A model generated the notes under the pieces. That model saw only the letters and a list, made by a program, of their open reading frames with translations, was not told the origin of the DNA and did no database searches. A DNA stretch of 64,000 nt from Verrucomicrobiota bacterium (lineage in GTDB: Bacteria; Verrucomicrobiota; Verrucomicrobiia; Opitutales; Opitutaceae). The translations under genes were made by a program, and so were the position numbers. Positions within the stretch are counted from its first letter, which is position 1, and each line of letters begins with the position of its first letter. Below are positions 21,201-27,609 of the stretch, piece after piece. The stretch covers positions 9,445 to 73,444 of the forward strand of contig JAFEGO010000055.1 in the NCBI GenBank assembly GCA_018239845.1. The letters are read 5' to 3'.

Positions 21201-21950
21201 GACCGCGGGCTCTTCCGTGGTCACGTCCACGTCAAACGGGGCGTAGTCCTCGGCTACGCGTTCCCAGATCTGGATGATCGCCGCCTGCTCCGTGTCGCTG
21301 AACGTCGTGGGGTCGCCATCGGTGTCAAAGGGCACCGCCTTGTAGGTGGTGGGACCGTAGTAGGTGTTCCAGTAGGTGCCGGTGATCGTGAAGCCGTTGA
21401 AGTCGAGGTAGAGTACGTTGGCCGATCCGGGCTTGGAGTGGCGGACCGGCGGCGTGGAAATAGGCACCGCTGCTGCCGCCACCGTGGGTGTGCTTGACGC
21501 GACGGCCGCACCGGCGGGCACGGCCGCGGCCTGCGCGGGCTTGGCCCCGTGGGGCGGAGGTTCGCATATATATAAGAGCGCACCGCCGGGTCCGGCCCGC
21601 AGGCTGGCATAGTCCTCGCGGGGGACGTTGAGCTTCGCGAGTTTGTTGAGTGCCCGCTCGCGCGAGGGCTCGTCGAGTTTCAGCAGGCTGTCGCGAAACG
21701 GTCCGGGCGGGATGTCCGCCAGCAGGCGCGGCGCCGCGGGCGACGGCGGCTGGGCCGCGGGTGCGGCAACAGGCGCCGGGGCCACCGGAGCCGCTGTCTT
21801 CGCCATCGGACTCGCGGGCGACGGCGCGGCGACGGGGGTTGTCTGCGCCGTGGCGGGGACGGCGGCCGGACGGTGACTCTGGCTGAACCAGATCAGGACG
21901 ATGACCAGCCCGGCGACAAAGCCGGCGAACAAAATACGGCGAAGACTCAT
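12225..21950 (-). CDS. giant (3241 aa) membrane-anchored multidomain surface protein: Zn-metalloprotease + PPC-like + Ig-like + RCC1 propeller + long MBG/Ig repeat array + tandem C-terminal domains
   Basis: N-terminal signal-anchor (FAGFVAGLVIVLIWF) and a Pro/Ala-rich linker. HELGHNFGLSHDG zinc motif at nt 20988-21002 (reprolysin/M12B-like). He_PIG-like unit (GLPAGLSIDAGTGRITG). Six to seven RCC1-type blades (GWGxN..GQ..VP..L.NV.AIAAG..HSLALK.DGTV). More than 25 MBG-type units (LTVTA.NQSR.YGAANP.LT..YSGFVN.E....L). YDG-type units (TYDGTAKSATAT). Uninterrupted frame of 9.7 kb. Confidence 0.93.
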   Translation of the reverse strand: MSLRRILFAGFVAGLVIVLIWFSQSHRPAAVPATAQTTPVAAPSPASPMAKTAAPVAPAPVAAPAAQPPSPAAPRLLADIPPGPFRDSLLKLDEPSRERALNKLAKLNVPREDYASLRAGPGGALLYICEPPPHGAKPAQAAAVPAGAAVASSTPTVAAAAVPISTPPVRHSKPGSANVLYLDFNGFTITGTYWNTYYGPTTYKAVPFDTDGDPTTFSDTEQAAIIQIWERVAEDYAPFDVDVTTEEPAVFTATTGRAVITKNSDANGVTMPSSTAGGVAWLDVFGQSDYVSTYSPALIYYNNLGSRADYIAEATSHELGHNFGLSHDGLIKDPNNAASTASEYYSGHGTGDISWAPIMGAPYDHNITQWSKGEYYLANNTEDALAIISGKLGYRADEAGGTLATTATVAVNGTAVSAAGILSSASDQDVFAVSTAAGTVSFAVATYKAASNTNGGDADIKLELLDASGTPLASSNPAGLPNASLTYIASATATYYLRLTPVGTGTPLVANPTGYTSYASIGQYTLTGTIVPTAPAIVGTLTASIAAGQPFSYAVTATNSPTAYTATGLPAGLSIDAGTGRITGRPTVVGTFPVALTATNTQGTGSATLALTVTDAPPVITAQTTGAQVVAAGGSFTLGATVISASGTPTFQWKRNGFAVPGGTAGTLTISPAQVGASGYYQVFVTNTMGTTTSAAIFVRVAPSTSQVIGWGTPTTDQLTFPDGLTTVTDLAAGSTHVLALKADGSVVGWGSNVNKQITIPAGLANVVAIAAGQSFSVVLKADGTVSAWGLNSAVNGPGQTSVPANLSGVIAISAGGFHSLALKNDGTVVSWGINSNGQTVVPPGLGNVVAVAAGGYHSLALKADGTVVAWGLNTSGQTTIPAGLANVTAISAGDNFSVALKSDGTVAAWGANTSGQTNVPSGLVNVTAIAAGSAQVLALKGDGTVSAWGLATASAVPTWLDHVAGVKSGTGYSLVLRDATADTVPVIAASPQNQTAAYGSKATFFVGVTGAPSLSYQWQVSPDGNAWNDLANGGIYSGATTTTLAVTGLTMDLSGRQFRCVATNGQGTATSGAATLTVVRANQSLTFAKPGGIGYGGTPSISASATSGLPVVITVLSGPATIANGSIVTTGVGTVTLRASQPGDGNYNAATPVDQSYDIYPAVLTVTAANQSRAYGAANPTLTFNYSGFMLGENASVLTSLPVASTTATATSPVVAGGYPITLSGGSAANYTFVLVPGTLTVAKAPLTITADNQARVYNTANPAFTLSYSGFANNETATVITAPTPATTAVIGSPVGTYPITLSGGSAANYAFTFVSGTLTVTTAPQVITFGALADKTYGAAPFGVAATADSGLTVGLTVVSGPATISAGVVTLTGAGTVTVRAAQAGGGNYAAATPVDRSFTVAPAPLTITADDKSRTYGAANPSFTLRYSGFVNNETAAAITAPVAATAATAASAVNTTTGYPITLSGGSAANYVLTLVPGTLTVTPATLTVTADNKFRAYNTANPALTFAYSGFVNGEDASVVTPVPSIATTADLSSPVGTYPITLSGGSAANYTLVRVPGVLTVTAAAQTITFSAPADQVYGAAPFALGGTASSGLRISYTVLSGPATVTGGTLTITGTGVVTLRADQAGDSTYGAAAGVEQSFTIGKAPLTVTAVNQSRAYGAANPALTLSYSGFVYNETAAVLTAAPVAATLADSTSPVVVGGYPITVTGGAAANYAITPVNGTLTVTKAPLTAKADNQSRVYNTANPVFTITYTGFVNNEDVSALTTPPTASAAATLTTAAGTYPITVSGGSAANYAITPASGTLTITKAVATVALGSLAQTYNGSAKVATVTTVPAGLSATYTYDGGSTAPVNAGSYAVVATINNANYTGTASGTLTIAKAVATVTLGSLAQTYSGTAKSATATTTPAGLAVAFTYDGNATAPTLAGSYAVVATVNDANYTGTASGTLAIAKAAATVTLGNLSPTYDGTPKSATATTAPQGLATTLTYGGGATVPTEAGSYVVVATVNDANYAGTASGTLTIAKAANVITFNPPGGVTALNQPFDVAATASSGLPVTFSVLSGPATLTNGHTVTLTGAGTAIIRATQAGDANHLAAAPVDQSFVVGKANQQITFVAPADHIYGDAPFAVSATADSGLPVTLVVASGPATLANGQLTFTGAGDVTLRASQAGNASFTAAADVERTFTVAPAPLTVTADDQTRVYGAANPALTLKYSGFVNHEDTSALTALPAAATTATVASAADTYAITVSGGSAANYAFTYVPGTLTVTKAALTAKADDQARLYGVANPIFTITYSGFVNGDDGSAILTAPVAATTATSLSPVGTYPITVTGGTAANYTFTPAAGTLTINQATATVTLGNLAATYDGTAKSATAATTPAGLTTVLTYNGGAAAPTAAGSYAVAATVSDANYQGGATGTLTIAKAANVITFGALGDITLGGQPFDLSATASSGLPVTFSVLSGPATLTNGRTVTVTGAGTVTIRAAQAGDANHLAATPVDQSFAVGKAAQQITFAALADRTYGAAPFAVSATADSALPVTLTVVSGPATLANGTLSLTGVGAVTLRASQAGDATHAAAPDVDRTFTVAKASLTITAASPSRVYGAANPALTLTYSGFVNGDTAAAITPPVAATVATAASPVGAYPVTLTGGSAANYTLTNLGGVLTITKATLTATAADQTRLFGAANPAFTISYRGFVNNDTVAAITPPTASTTATTASAAGTYPITLSGGSAANYTFTYVPGTLTITPGDYTGTYFGTFGSGGRWALYVRRDATATYLAYLPARSSAIVANPTVGTDGTFTVAGTEIGAAAATTVSSLALANPEAPVVRTATAAAAFTLAGRINSDGTITGQLAGLGETLAGTADLTAGPAPANAGYYTASALGTTSSTTYAIVSPSGQALVVTTGAAVDGANGTVNATGQLIATTNSGASLTLQVNGQRLSATVTPAGGTPVVYNGIASTVTPVVRVVNLSVRSQAGTGAQTLIVGLVVGGSGAKSLLLRGVGPTLIPLGVPDAITDPAIRLLDKNTTQLDFNDNWDNSLATLIGSLGATPFAANSKDAALYEQLAAGPYSMHVYPATTGTGVVLAELYDADTNATGAEVVNISARTQVGVDASILILGFVIQGNSPKTLLIRGVGPTLTSLGVPGALADPQLYLYNKDNNDTVLIGTNDNWGGTTELKTAFATVGAGALASDSSKDAAMLVTLASGTYTAQVSGVNRTTGVGLVEIYLMP
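12228..13025 (-). repeat. two tandem ~130-aa C-terminal domains of the giant CDS
   Basis: VVNLSVRSQAGTGAQTLIVGLVVGGSGAKSLLLRGVGPTLIPLGVPDAITDPAIRLL...NDNWD aligns with VVNISARTQVGVDASILILGFVIQGNSPKTLLIRGVGPTLTSLGVPGALADPQLYLY...NDNWG. Confidence 0.65.
13680..18704 (-). repeat. intragenic array of Ig-like / MBG (YGX-type) / YDG-type domain repeats (aa ~1083-2757 of the giant CDS)
   Basis: Recurring super-repeat: an Ig-like unit (TF....Y G..PF..A.ASSGLPV...V.SGPAT...T.TG.G.VT.RA.QAGD..Y) followed by 2-4 MBG units and blocks of three YDG units. At DNA level the GGSAANY-coding motif (minus-strand ggcggcagcgcggccaactac and variants) recurs many times. Confidence 0.8.
19017..19838 (-). repeat. RCC1-like beta-propeller blade repeats inside the giant CDS (aa ~705-978)
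   Basis: A ~50-aa period is repeated 6-7 times, e.g. VVGWGSNVNKQITIPAGLANVVAIAAGQSFSVVLKADGTVSAWG. Confidence 0.75.
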
Positions 21951-22163
21951 GCGCGGGACTTTTTCCCGGTCAGTTTACCCTCCCGGCGATTTAGGTTCAT
22001 ACCCCTAGTAAAACAGACCCGCCCGCGGCACGCACGGCGGAAATTATTTTTGACCATCCTGTAACCTTTCCCGGCCAGGTCGGTATTACCCTGCATCCAG
22101 CCATGATCCTTTCCGCCCGTGCTCGCCACCCTCACAGAAATCCGTGTTCAAAGCCATCCGTCC

Positions 22164-22775
22164 ATGGTTAGTTGGCGCACATCCCCCTCACCTGCCGCCG
22201 TGGACACCGCGACCGACGCCCTTTCCGACCATGAGCTGATGCTCGCCGTGCGCGACGGCCAGCTCGACTCCCTTGGTGAGCTTTTCGAGCGCCACCACGG
22301 ACCGCTCTACGGCTTTTTGGTGAAACTCACCGGCCACCGGGCCGCCGCCGAGGACATCGCCCAGACGGTCTTCCAGCGCATGTTGAAGTACCGCCATACC
22401 TACCGCGATGACGGCAGCTTCACCGCCTGGATGTACCACCTCGCCCGCCGCTGCGCCGCCGACCACTTCCGCAAGTCCAACGCCGCCCCCGCCGCCACCG
22501 ATCCCGCCGACCTCCAGGATCACGCCGACGAGGCGCCCAACGCCGGCGACCGCGCCGTGAAGCGCGACGAACACGACCTGCTCCACCACGCCCTCAACCG
22601 CCTCCACCGCGACGACCGCGAAGTCCTCCTCCTCAGCCGTTTCCAGGAGCTCTCCTTCGCCGAGATCGCCACCATCCTCGAGTGCTCCGCCGGCGCCGCC
22701 AAGGTCCGCGCCCACCGCGCCCTCAAGGAACTCCGCGACATCTACCTCGCCCTCCAGCGCGAAGGCCGCGCCTAA
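22164..22775 (+). CDS. ECF-type RNA polymerase sigma-70 family factor
   Basis: Region 2 (ELFERHHGPLYGFLVKLTGHRAAAEDIAQTVFQRMLKY...FTAWMYHLARRCAADHFRK) and region 4 (REVLLLSRFQELSFAEIATILECSAGAAKVRAHRALKELR). ATG at 22164. An upstream GTG at 22119 is an alternative start. Confidence 0.87.
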   Translation: MVSWRTSPSPAAVDTATDALSDHELMLAVRDGQLDSLGELFERHHGPLYGFLVKLTGHRAAAEDIAQTVFQRMLKYRHTYRDDGSFTAWMYHLARRCAADHFRKSNAAPAATDPADLQDHADEAPNAGDRAVKRDEHDLLHHALNRLHRDDREVLLLSRFQELSFAEIATILECSAGAAKVRAHRALKELRDIYLALQREGRA

Positions 22776-22796
22776 ATCCCAGAACCCTTTCCCGTC

Positions 22797-23633
22797 ATGA
22801 ATTGCACCCGCGCCCAGGAAAACTTCGCCGATCTGCTCGACCACCGCCTCTCCGAGACGGACACCGCCGAGGTCCGCGCCCACCTCGCCTCCTGCCCCGA
22901 CTGCCAGCGCGAGTACGCCGCCCTCACCCAGACGCTCGCGGCCCTCGATAACCTGCCCGCGGCCAAGCCCTCTCCGCGCCTCCGCGCCAATTTCTACGCC
23001 ATGCTCGAGGAGGAGAAGAACTCCGCCGCCAGCGCCCAGGCCGTCGTCACCCGCCACCGCCGCACCGTGCGCTGGCTCTGGTTCCTCTCGCCCATCGCCG
23101 CCTGCGCCCTCGCCTTTGGCGGCTTCTACGCCGGTACGCACTACGCGCCGCCCGCTCCCGCGCCCAGCGATGACACCGCCGCCCTGAAGCGCGAGCTCGC
23201 CGAGCAGCGCCGCCAGCTCGTGGCCGTCCAGTCCAAGCTCGATAACGTCGGCCAGGCCGTCGGCTACGTGGCCAGTGCCCAGCGCTCCGCCAACGAGCGC
23301 CTCCAGGGCATCCTCGGCACGCTCGACCAGAAGAACCCGGACCAGAAGCTCCTCGCCAACCTCATCAGCAGCCTCGCCCTCGACCCCAGCGTCAACGTCC
23401 GGCTCTCCGCCATCGACGCGCTCTATCCGCATGCGCAGGAGCAGATCGTCCGCACCGGCATCCTCGCCTCGCTCCCGCGTGAGCAGAGCCCCCTCGTCCA
23501 GGTGGCCTTGATCGACTTCCTCGTCGCCGCCCGCGACCGCGACGCCGCGCCCGAGCTCGAGAAGCTCGCCCGCAACGACTCCATCGACATCGCCGTCCGC
23601 GACGCCGCCAAGCGCGCCGTCGCCATGCTCTGA
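22797..23633 (+). CDS. anti-sigma factor: zf-HC2 + single TM + extracytoplasmic HEAT-like repeats
   Basis: N-terminal H-x3-C-x2-C motif (VRAHLASCPDCQ), a TM segment (WLWFLSPIAACALAFGGFYAG) and C-terminal HEAT-like helices (VRLSAIDALYPH..., VQVALIDFLVAARD..., IAVRDAAKRAVAML). Immediately downstream of the ECF sigma gene. Confidence 0.8.
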   Translation: MNCTRAQENFADLLDHRLSETDTAEVRAHLASCPDCQREYAALTQTLAALDNLPAAKPSPRLRANFYAMLEEEKNSAASAQAVVTRHRRTVRWLWFLSPIAACALAFGGFYAGTHYAPPAPAPSDDTAALKRELAEQRRQLVAVQSKLDNVGQAVGYVASAQRSANERLQGILGTLDQKNPDQKLLANLISSLALDPSVNVRLSAIDALYPHAQEQIVRTGILASLPREQSPLVQVALIDFLVAARDRDAAPELEKLARNDSIDIAVRDAAKRAVAML

Positions 23634-23725
23634 TCCCTTTCCACAACCGCATTCCCGGCGCTGCGCTTAAGCGGCCGCCTGCCACGAAACCTCCCCTAAA
23701 CCGCCTCATTTGTCCCTGTTTTAAC

Positions 23726-24814
23726 ATGAAAACCACCCGTCTCTTCCCCGCTTTCGTCATCGCCGCCGCGCTGACGCTGGTCTTCCTCACCGCGGCGCGC
23801 GCCGACGAGGGCACCGCGTCGATCAAGTTCTCCGATCCCGCCAAACCCGGCACCCTCAAGGTCACCCTCACCAACGGCGACATCCACATCACCGGCACCG
23901 ATGCCGCCGAGGTCACCGTCAAGACCGACCTCAAGCCCGAGTCCCCCGAGCAGCGCCCCGACGGCCTGCGCGTCCTCACCTCCTCGAGCAGCTACTCGCT
24001 CACCGAGAAGAACAACGTCGTCACCCTCACCTACGGCTCGGGCGACTGGCCCGGCAACGGCGGCGACTTTGCCATCGCCGTCCCCCACGGCACCAACGTC
24101 ATTGTCGCCAGCTCCTTCGGCGGCGACGTCACCATCGAGGGCGTGACCGGCGACCTCGAGGTCAAGAGCCTCAACGGCGAGGTCCGCCTCGACGACATCA
24201 GCGGCGGCGCCCTCGTCGAGACCATGAACGGCGAGATCAAGGCCAGCGTCCGCGCCCTGAACAACAAGCCCCTCTCCTTCACCTCCATGAACGGCGAGGT
24301 CAGCCTCCGCCTGGCCGAAAACCTCAAGGCCAACGTCCGCCTCCGCACCCACAACGGCTCCATCCTCACCGATTTCGACGACAAGGTCCTCGTCACCAAG
24401 ACCGAGTCCGTCCGTAACAACCGCAACAAGGGCAACCGCGGCCCCCGGGTCTCGATCGGCGACGACTCGACCATCAACGGCCTCAATGCCGACGAAATCC
24501 GCGCCGCCGTGAAGGCCGCCGTCCAAGGCGCCAATGAAGCCGCGCAGGAAGCCGCCACCGCCGCCCGCGAGGCCGCCCGGGAAGCCAGCCGCGAATCCGC
24601 CCGCGCCGCCAAGGAGGCCGCCCGTGCCGCCCGCGGGGACAACGATGACGACGACACCATGCCCGTCGTCGCGCCCATCCCCCCCGTCCCGCCCCTGCCC
24701 CCGATGACCGGCGGCAAGATCGTCACCGGCACGCTCAACGGCGGCGGCCCCGAGATCCGCATCGCGACGATGAATGGCGACGTCACCCTCCGCCGCCTCG
24801 AAAAGGACAAGTAA
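23726..24814 (+). CDS. DUF4097-type (toastrack-like) beta-strand repeat protein with signal peptide
   Basis: Repeated G(D/E)(I/V)x(I/V) strands (GDIHITGTDAAEVTV, GDVTIEGVTGDLEVKSLNGEVRLDDISGGALVETMNGEIKASV, NGEVSLRL, NGDVTLRRL). An Ala/Glu/Arg-rich helical insert and a Pro-rich stretch precede the last strands. Confidence 0.78.
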   Translation: MKTTRLFPAFVIAAALTLVFLTAARADEGTASIKFSDPAKPGTLKVTLTNGDIHITGTDAAEVTVKTDLKPESPEQRPDGLRVLTSSSSYSLTEKNNVVTLTYGSGDWPGNGGDFAIAVPHGTNVIVASSFGGDVTIEGVTGDLEVKSLNGEVRLDDISGGALVETMNGEIKASVRALNNKPLSFTSMNGEVSLRLAENLKANVRLRTHNGSILTDFDDKVLVTKTESVRNNRNKGNRGPRVSIGDDSTINGLNADEIRAAVKAAVQGANEAAQEAATAAREAAREASRESARAAKEAARAARGDNDDDDTMPVVAPIPPVPPLPPMTGGKIVTGTLNGGGPEIRIATMNGDVTLRRLEKDK

Positions 24815-24846
24815 GCCGCACGCCACCGGGCTTCCTCCCTCTCCCC

Positions 24847-24875
24847 GCGCCGGGCAATTCGCCCGGCGCTTTTTT
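24847..24875 (+). terminator. rho-independent terminator after the sigma/anti-sigma/DUF4097 operon
   Basis: GCGCCGGGC-aattc-GCCCGGCGC (9-bp perfect stem) followed by TTTTTT. Confidence 0.7.
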
Positions 24876-24964
24876 GTGCCCGCCCCAAGGCTCTGCGGTG
24901 CCTGCTGCTTAAATCTCGCTGTAGTTTAATTCCAATCACATGCTTGTCCGTAACCGTAATCCGC

Positions 24965-25450
24965 ATGAAATGCTTTTTCTGGTTCCTGCTTTTCCTCCTG
25001 CCCGCCTCTCTCTTCGCCCGGCTGGGCGAGAGGGAAGCGGAACTCACCGCTCGCTTCGGACCACCCCTCAGCCGGGCGAAGGAAACCACCGCCCAACACG
25101 GGCGCGTGGTTGAATTTGGCGTGAGGCTCAACTACCGTCAGGGCGACTGGTTCATCACCTGCGTCATCGTGGACGGCCGCAGCGCCCGCGAGTTCTACAA
25201 CAAAGGCGACGAATGGACCGAAGATCAGTTCACCACGGTGCTGGCCGCCAACAGCCAGGGCGCAAGGTGGACCGATATCTCAAAACCATCGACGCTCAAG
25301 CTCGCGCGGGAATGGCGGCGGGCCGATGGCGCCACCGCTTCATGGCAAAAGATCCAAGGCATGGATGTGATCCAACCGGCTTACGTCCGGGCCAGGAACC
25401 TGGCGGAAGCCAAGGCCAAGGCCGAAGCCTCGCGCATCCCCAAGATCTGA
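24965..25450 (+). CDS. small secreted hypothetical protein
   Basis: Signal peptide MKCFFWFLLFLLPASLFA, then RLGEREAELTARFGPP. AT-rich upstream region. The ORF opens at TTG 24944, but ATG 24965 fits the signal peptide better. Confidence 0.6.
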   Translation: MKCFFWFLLFLLPASLFARLGEREAELTARFGPPLSRAKETTAQHGRVVEFGVRLNYRQGDWFITCVIVDGRSAREFYNKGDEWTEDQFTTVLAANSQGARWTDISKPSTLKLAREWRRADGATASWQKIQGMDVIQPAYVRARNLAEAKAKAEASRIPKI

Positions 25451-25455
25451 TCCGC

Positions 25456-25485
25456 CGCCGCGCCCCTCGCGCGGCGTTTTTCTTT
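25456..25485 (+). terminator. rho-independent terminator
   Basis: CGCCGCGC-ccctc-GCGCGGCG (8-bp stem) followed by TTTTTCTTT, 6 nt after the stop codon. Confidence 0.65.
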
Positions 25486-25529
25486 GGCCGGGCGCAGGCG
25501 TTTCTGCATCGTCCGGGGCACCCCGCCCC

Positions 25530-27431
25530 ATGTTCAACGCCCCGTGCACCCCGCGTTCGTTGCTCACGCGTGCCCTCGATGGCACGACGCTCCGTCCGCT
25601 CCTCCTCCCGCGCGCCCAGTATCATCCGCAGCCTACGGCCGCTGATCGCACCGCGTGGGACGGCCTGCCCGCCCCGCTCCGCGCCGCGATCCTCGCCGCC
25701 GGCGAAAAGCGCCTCGGCGAGCCGTGGGAAATCCTCCGTGCCTCCGTGCAGCTAGGCTTCGTGCGCACGGGCAACCGCGCTGAGTTCGAGGCCCCGCACG
25801 CCGCGCGCCGCAGCCGCCTCGGTGCGCTCGTCCTCGCCGAGTGCGTGGAAAACCGCGGGCGTTTCCTCGACGCCATCGCCGACGGCCTGTGGCTCATCTG
25901 CGAGGAAACGTTCTGGGGCGGCGCCGCGCATCTCTTCATGCAGCGCCGCGGCCCCGGCCTGCCCGATGTCACCGAGCCCATCTACGACCTCGGCGTCGGC
26001 GAGACCGCCTCACTCCTTGCGTGGACGCATTACCTGCTCGGCGCAAAGCTCGACGCGGTGCACCCGATGATCCGCGAGCGCGTGCGCCTTGAGATCGATC
26101 GCCGGGTGCTCACGCCCTGCCTCGATCGCGACGACTTCTGGTGGATGGGCTGGCACCGTGACAACCGCCCCGTCAACAACTGGAACCCGTGGTGCTGCTC
26201 CTGCTGGCTCGACTGCGTGCTGCTGCTCGAGGACGACCCCGACCGCCGCACCCGCGCCGTCCACAAGATCATGCGCATCCTCGATATCTTCATCGACCAC
26301 TGCCCGGCCGACGGCGGTTGCGATGAGGGCCCGGCCTACTGGGCGCGCGCCGCCGGCAGTCTCTGCGAGTGCCTCAATCTCCTCCACGTCGCCACCGCCG
26401 GCCGCGTGGATATTTTTCACGAGCCCCTCATCCGCGAGCTCGGCCGCTTCGTGCAACGCACGCATGTCTCCGGCCTGTGCTTCGTCAATTTCGCCGACGC
26501 CCCCGTGCGCCCCGGCATCGAGCCCGCCGTGCTCTACCTCTACGGCCAGCGCACCGGCGACCGTGAGCTCATGGCCTTTGCCGCGTGGTTTTTCCAACAG
26601 CGCCCCGGCCCGCACATCACCGGCTCGATGGGCCGGCTCCTCCCGCTGCTCTGGTTGCAAAAAGAGCTCAACGATCCCGCCGCGCGCCCGCCGCTCGACC
26701 GCGATGTCTGGCTCAGCGAACTGCAGATCATGGTCGCGCGCGACCGCGCCGGCACCGGCGAAGGCCTCTTCCTCGCCGCGAAGGGCGGCCACAACGAGGA
26801 AAGCCACAACCACAACGACGTCGGCTCCTTTCTCGCCTACCTCGACGGCCAGCCACTGCTCATCGACGTCGGCGTCGAGACCTACACGGCCAAAACCTTC
26901 GGCCCCGACCGCTTCGACATCTGGACGATGCAGTCGCAGTGGCACAATCTGCCCACGGTCAACGGCCGGCACCAGCGCAACGGCCGCGCCTACACCGCGA
27001 GCGCCGTGCGTTACGATTCCACGGATACCGCCGCCACGCTCTCGCTCGACCTCGCCGCCGCCTGGCCCGCCGAGGCCGGCCTCGCCCAGTGGCGGCGCAC
27101 GATCTGCCTCCAGCGCGGCACGGCCATCGTCCTCACCGACGACTACCAGCTCACCGCCGCGACCGAGCCCGTGGTTTTCAATTTCATCACCGCGCGCCCC
27201 GTCGATCTCCGCACGCCCGGACGCATCCTCCTTGCTGCCTCGCCCGACGCCCCCGGCAGCCGCGGCGCCATCCTCACGTACGATGCTGCCGCCCTCACCG
27301 CCGCGGTCGATGACGTCGAGGTCACCGACCCGCAGCTGCGCCACAACTGGAAACGCGTCTATCGCCTCCGCCTCACCGAGCGCTCGCCCCTCCTGCACGC
27401 CCGCCGGGAATTCCACGTCATGCCGGCCTAG
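25530..27431 (+). CDS. heparinase II/III-like family protein
   Basis: 633 aa. GGHNEESHNHNDVGSFLAYLDGQPLLIDVGVETYT...WHNLPTVNG is typical of the heparinase II/III C-terminal domain. No obvious signal peptide. Confidence 0.83.
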   Translation: MFNAPCTPRSLLTRALDGTTLRPLLLPRAQYHPQPTAADRTAWDGLPAPLRAAILAAGEKRLGEPWEILRASVQLGFVRTGNRAEFEAPHAARRSRLGALVLAECVENRGRFLDAIADGLWLICEETFWGGAAHLFMQRRGPGLPDVTEPIYDLGVGETASLLAWTHYLLGAKLDAVHPMIRERVRLEIDRRVLTPCLDRDDFWWMGWHRDNRPVNNWNPWCCSCWLDCVLLLEDDPDRRTRAVHKIMRILDIFIDHCPADGGCDEGPAYWARAAGSLCECLNLLHVATAGRVDIFHEPLIRELGRFVQRTHVSGLCFVNFADAPVRPGIEPAVLYLYGQRTGDRELMAFAAWFFQQRPGPHITGSMGRLLPLLWLQKELNDPAARPPLDRDVWLSELQIMVARDRAGTGEGLFLAAKGGHNEESHNHNDVGSFLAYLDGQPLLIDVGVETYTAKTFGPDRFDIWTMQSQWHNLPTVNGRHQRNGRAYTASAVRYDSTDTAATLSLDLAAAWPAEAGLAQWRRTICLQRGTAIVLTDDYQLTAATEPVVFNFITARPVDLRTPGRILLAASPDAPGSRGAILTYDAAALTAAVDDVEVTDPQLRHNWKRVYRLRLTERSPLLHARREFHVMPA

Positions 27432-27450
27432 GCCCTACCCTCCATCTGAT

Positions 27451-27533
27451 TTTTAACCGCGAATGCACGCGAATGGTCGCGAATCCCAATCCCTTTCCTA
27501 TTCGCGTTTATTCGCGTGCATTCGCGGTTAAAA
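27451..27533. repeat. long hairpin element of the CGCGAAT family (34-nt arms, 15-nt loop)
   Basis: Left arm TTTTAACCGCGAATGCACGCGAATGGTCGCGAAT. The right arm is the reverse complement of TTTTAACCGCGAATGCACGCGAATAAACGCGAAT (31/34 matching). Each arm holds three CGCGAAT direct repeats. Confidence 0.75.
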
Positions 27534-27609
27534 TTTCCGGTGCCCCCTCATTTCAACCCATGAAGGCTTCCCCACTCGCTCACGCTCGTAGCTACTTCTC
27601 ATCGCCTGC

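Noticed and set aside
22061-22086. ECF-type promoter GTAACC-N14-CGGTA upstream of the sigma gene
   Set aside because: The match to AAC/CGT-type ECF consensus is poor and the spacing is atypical. It is mentioned only as a weak possibility.
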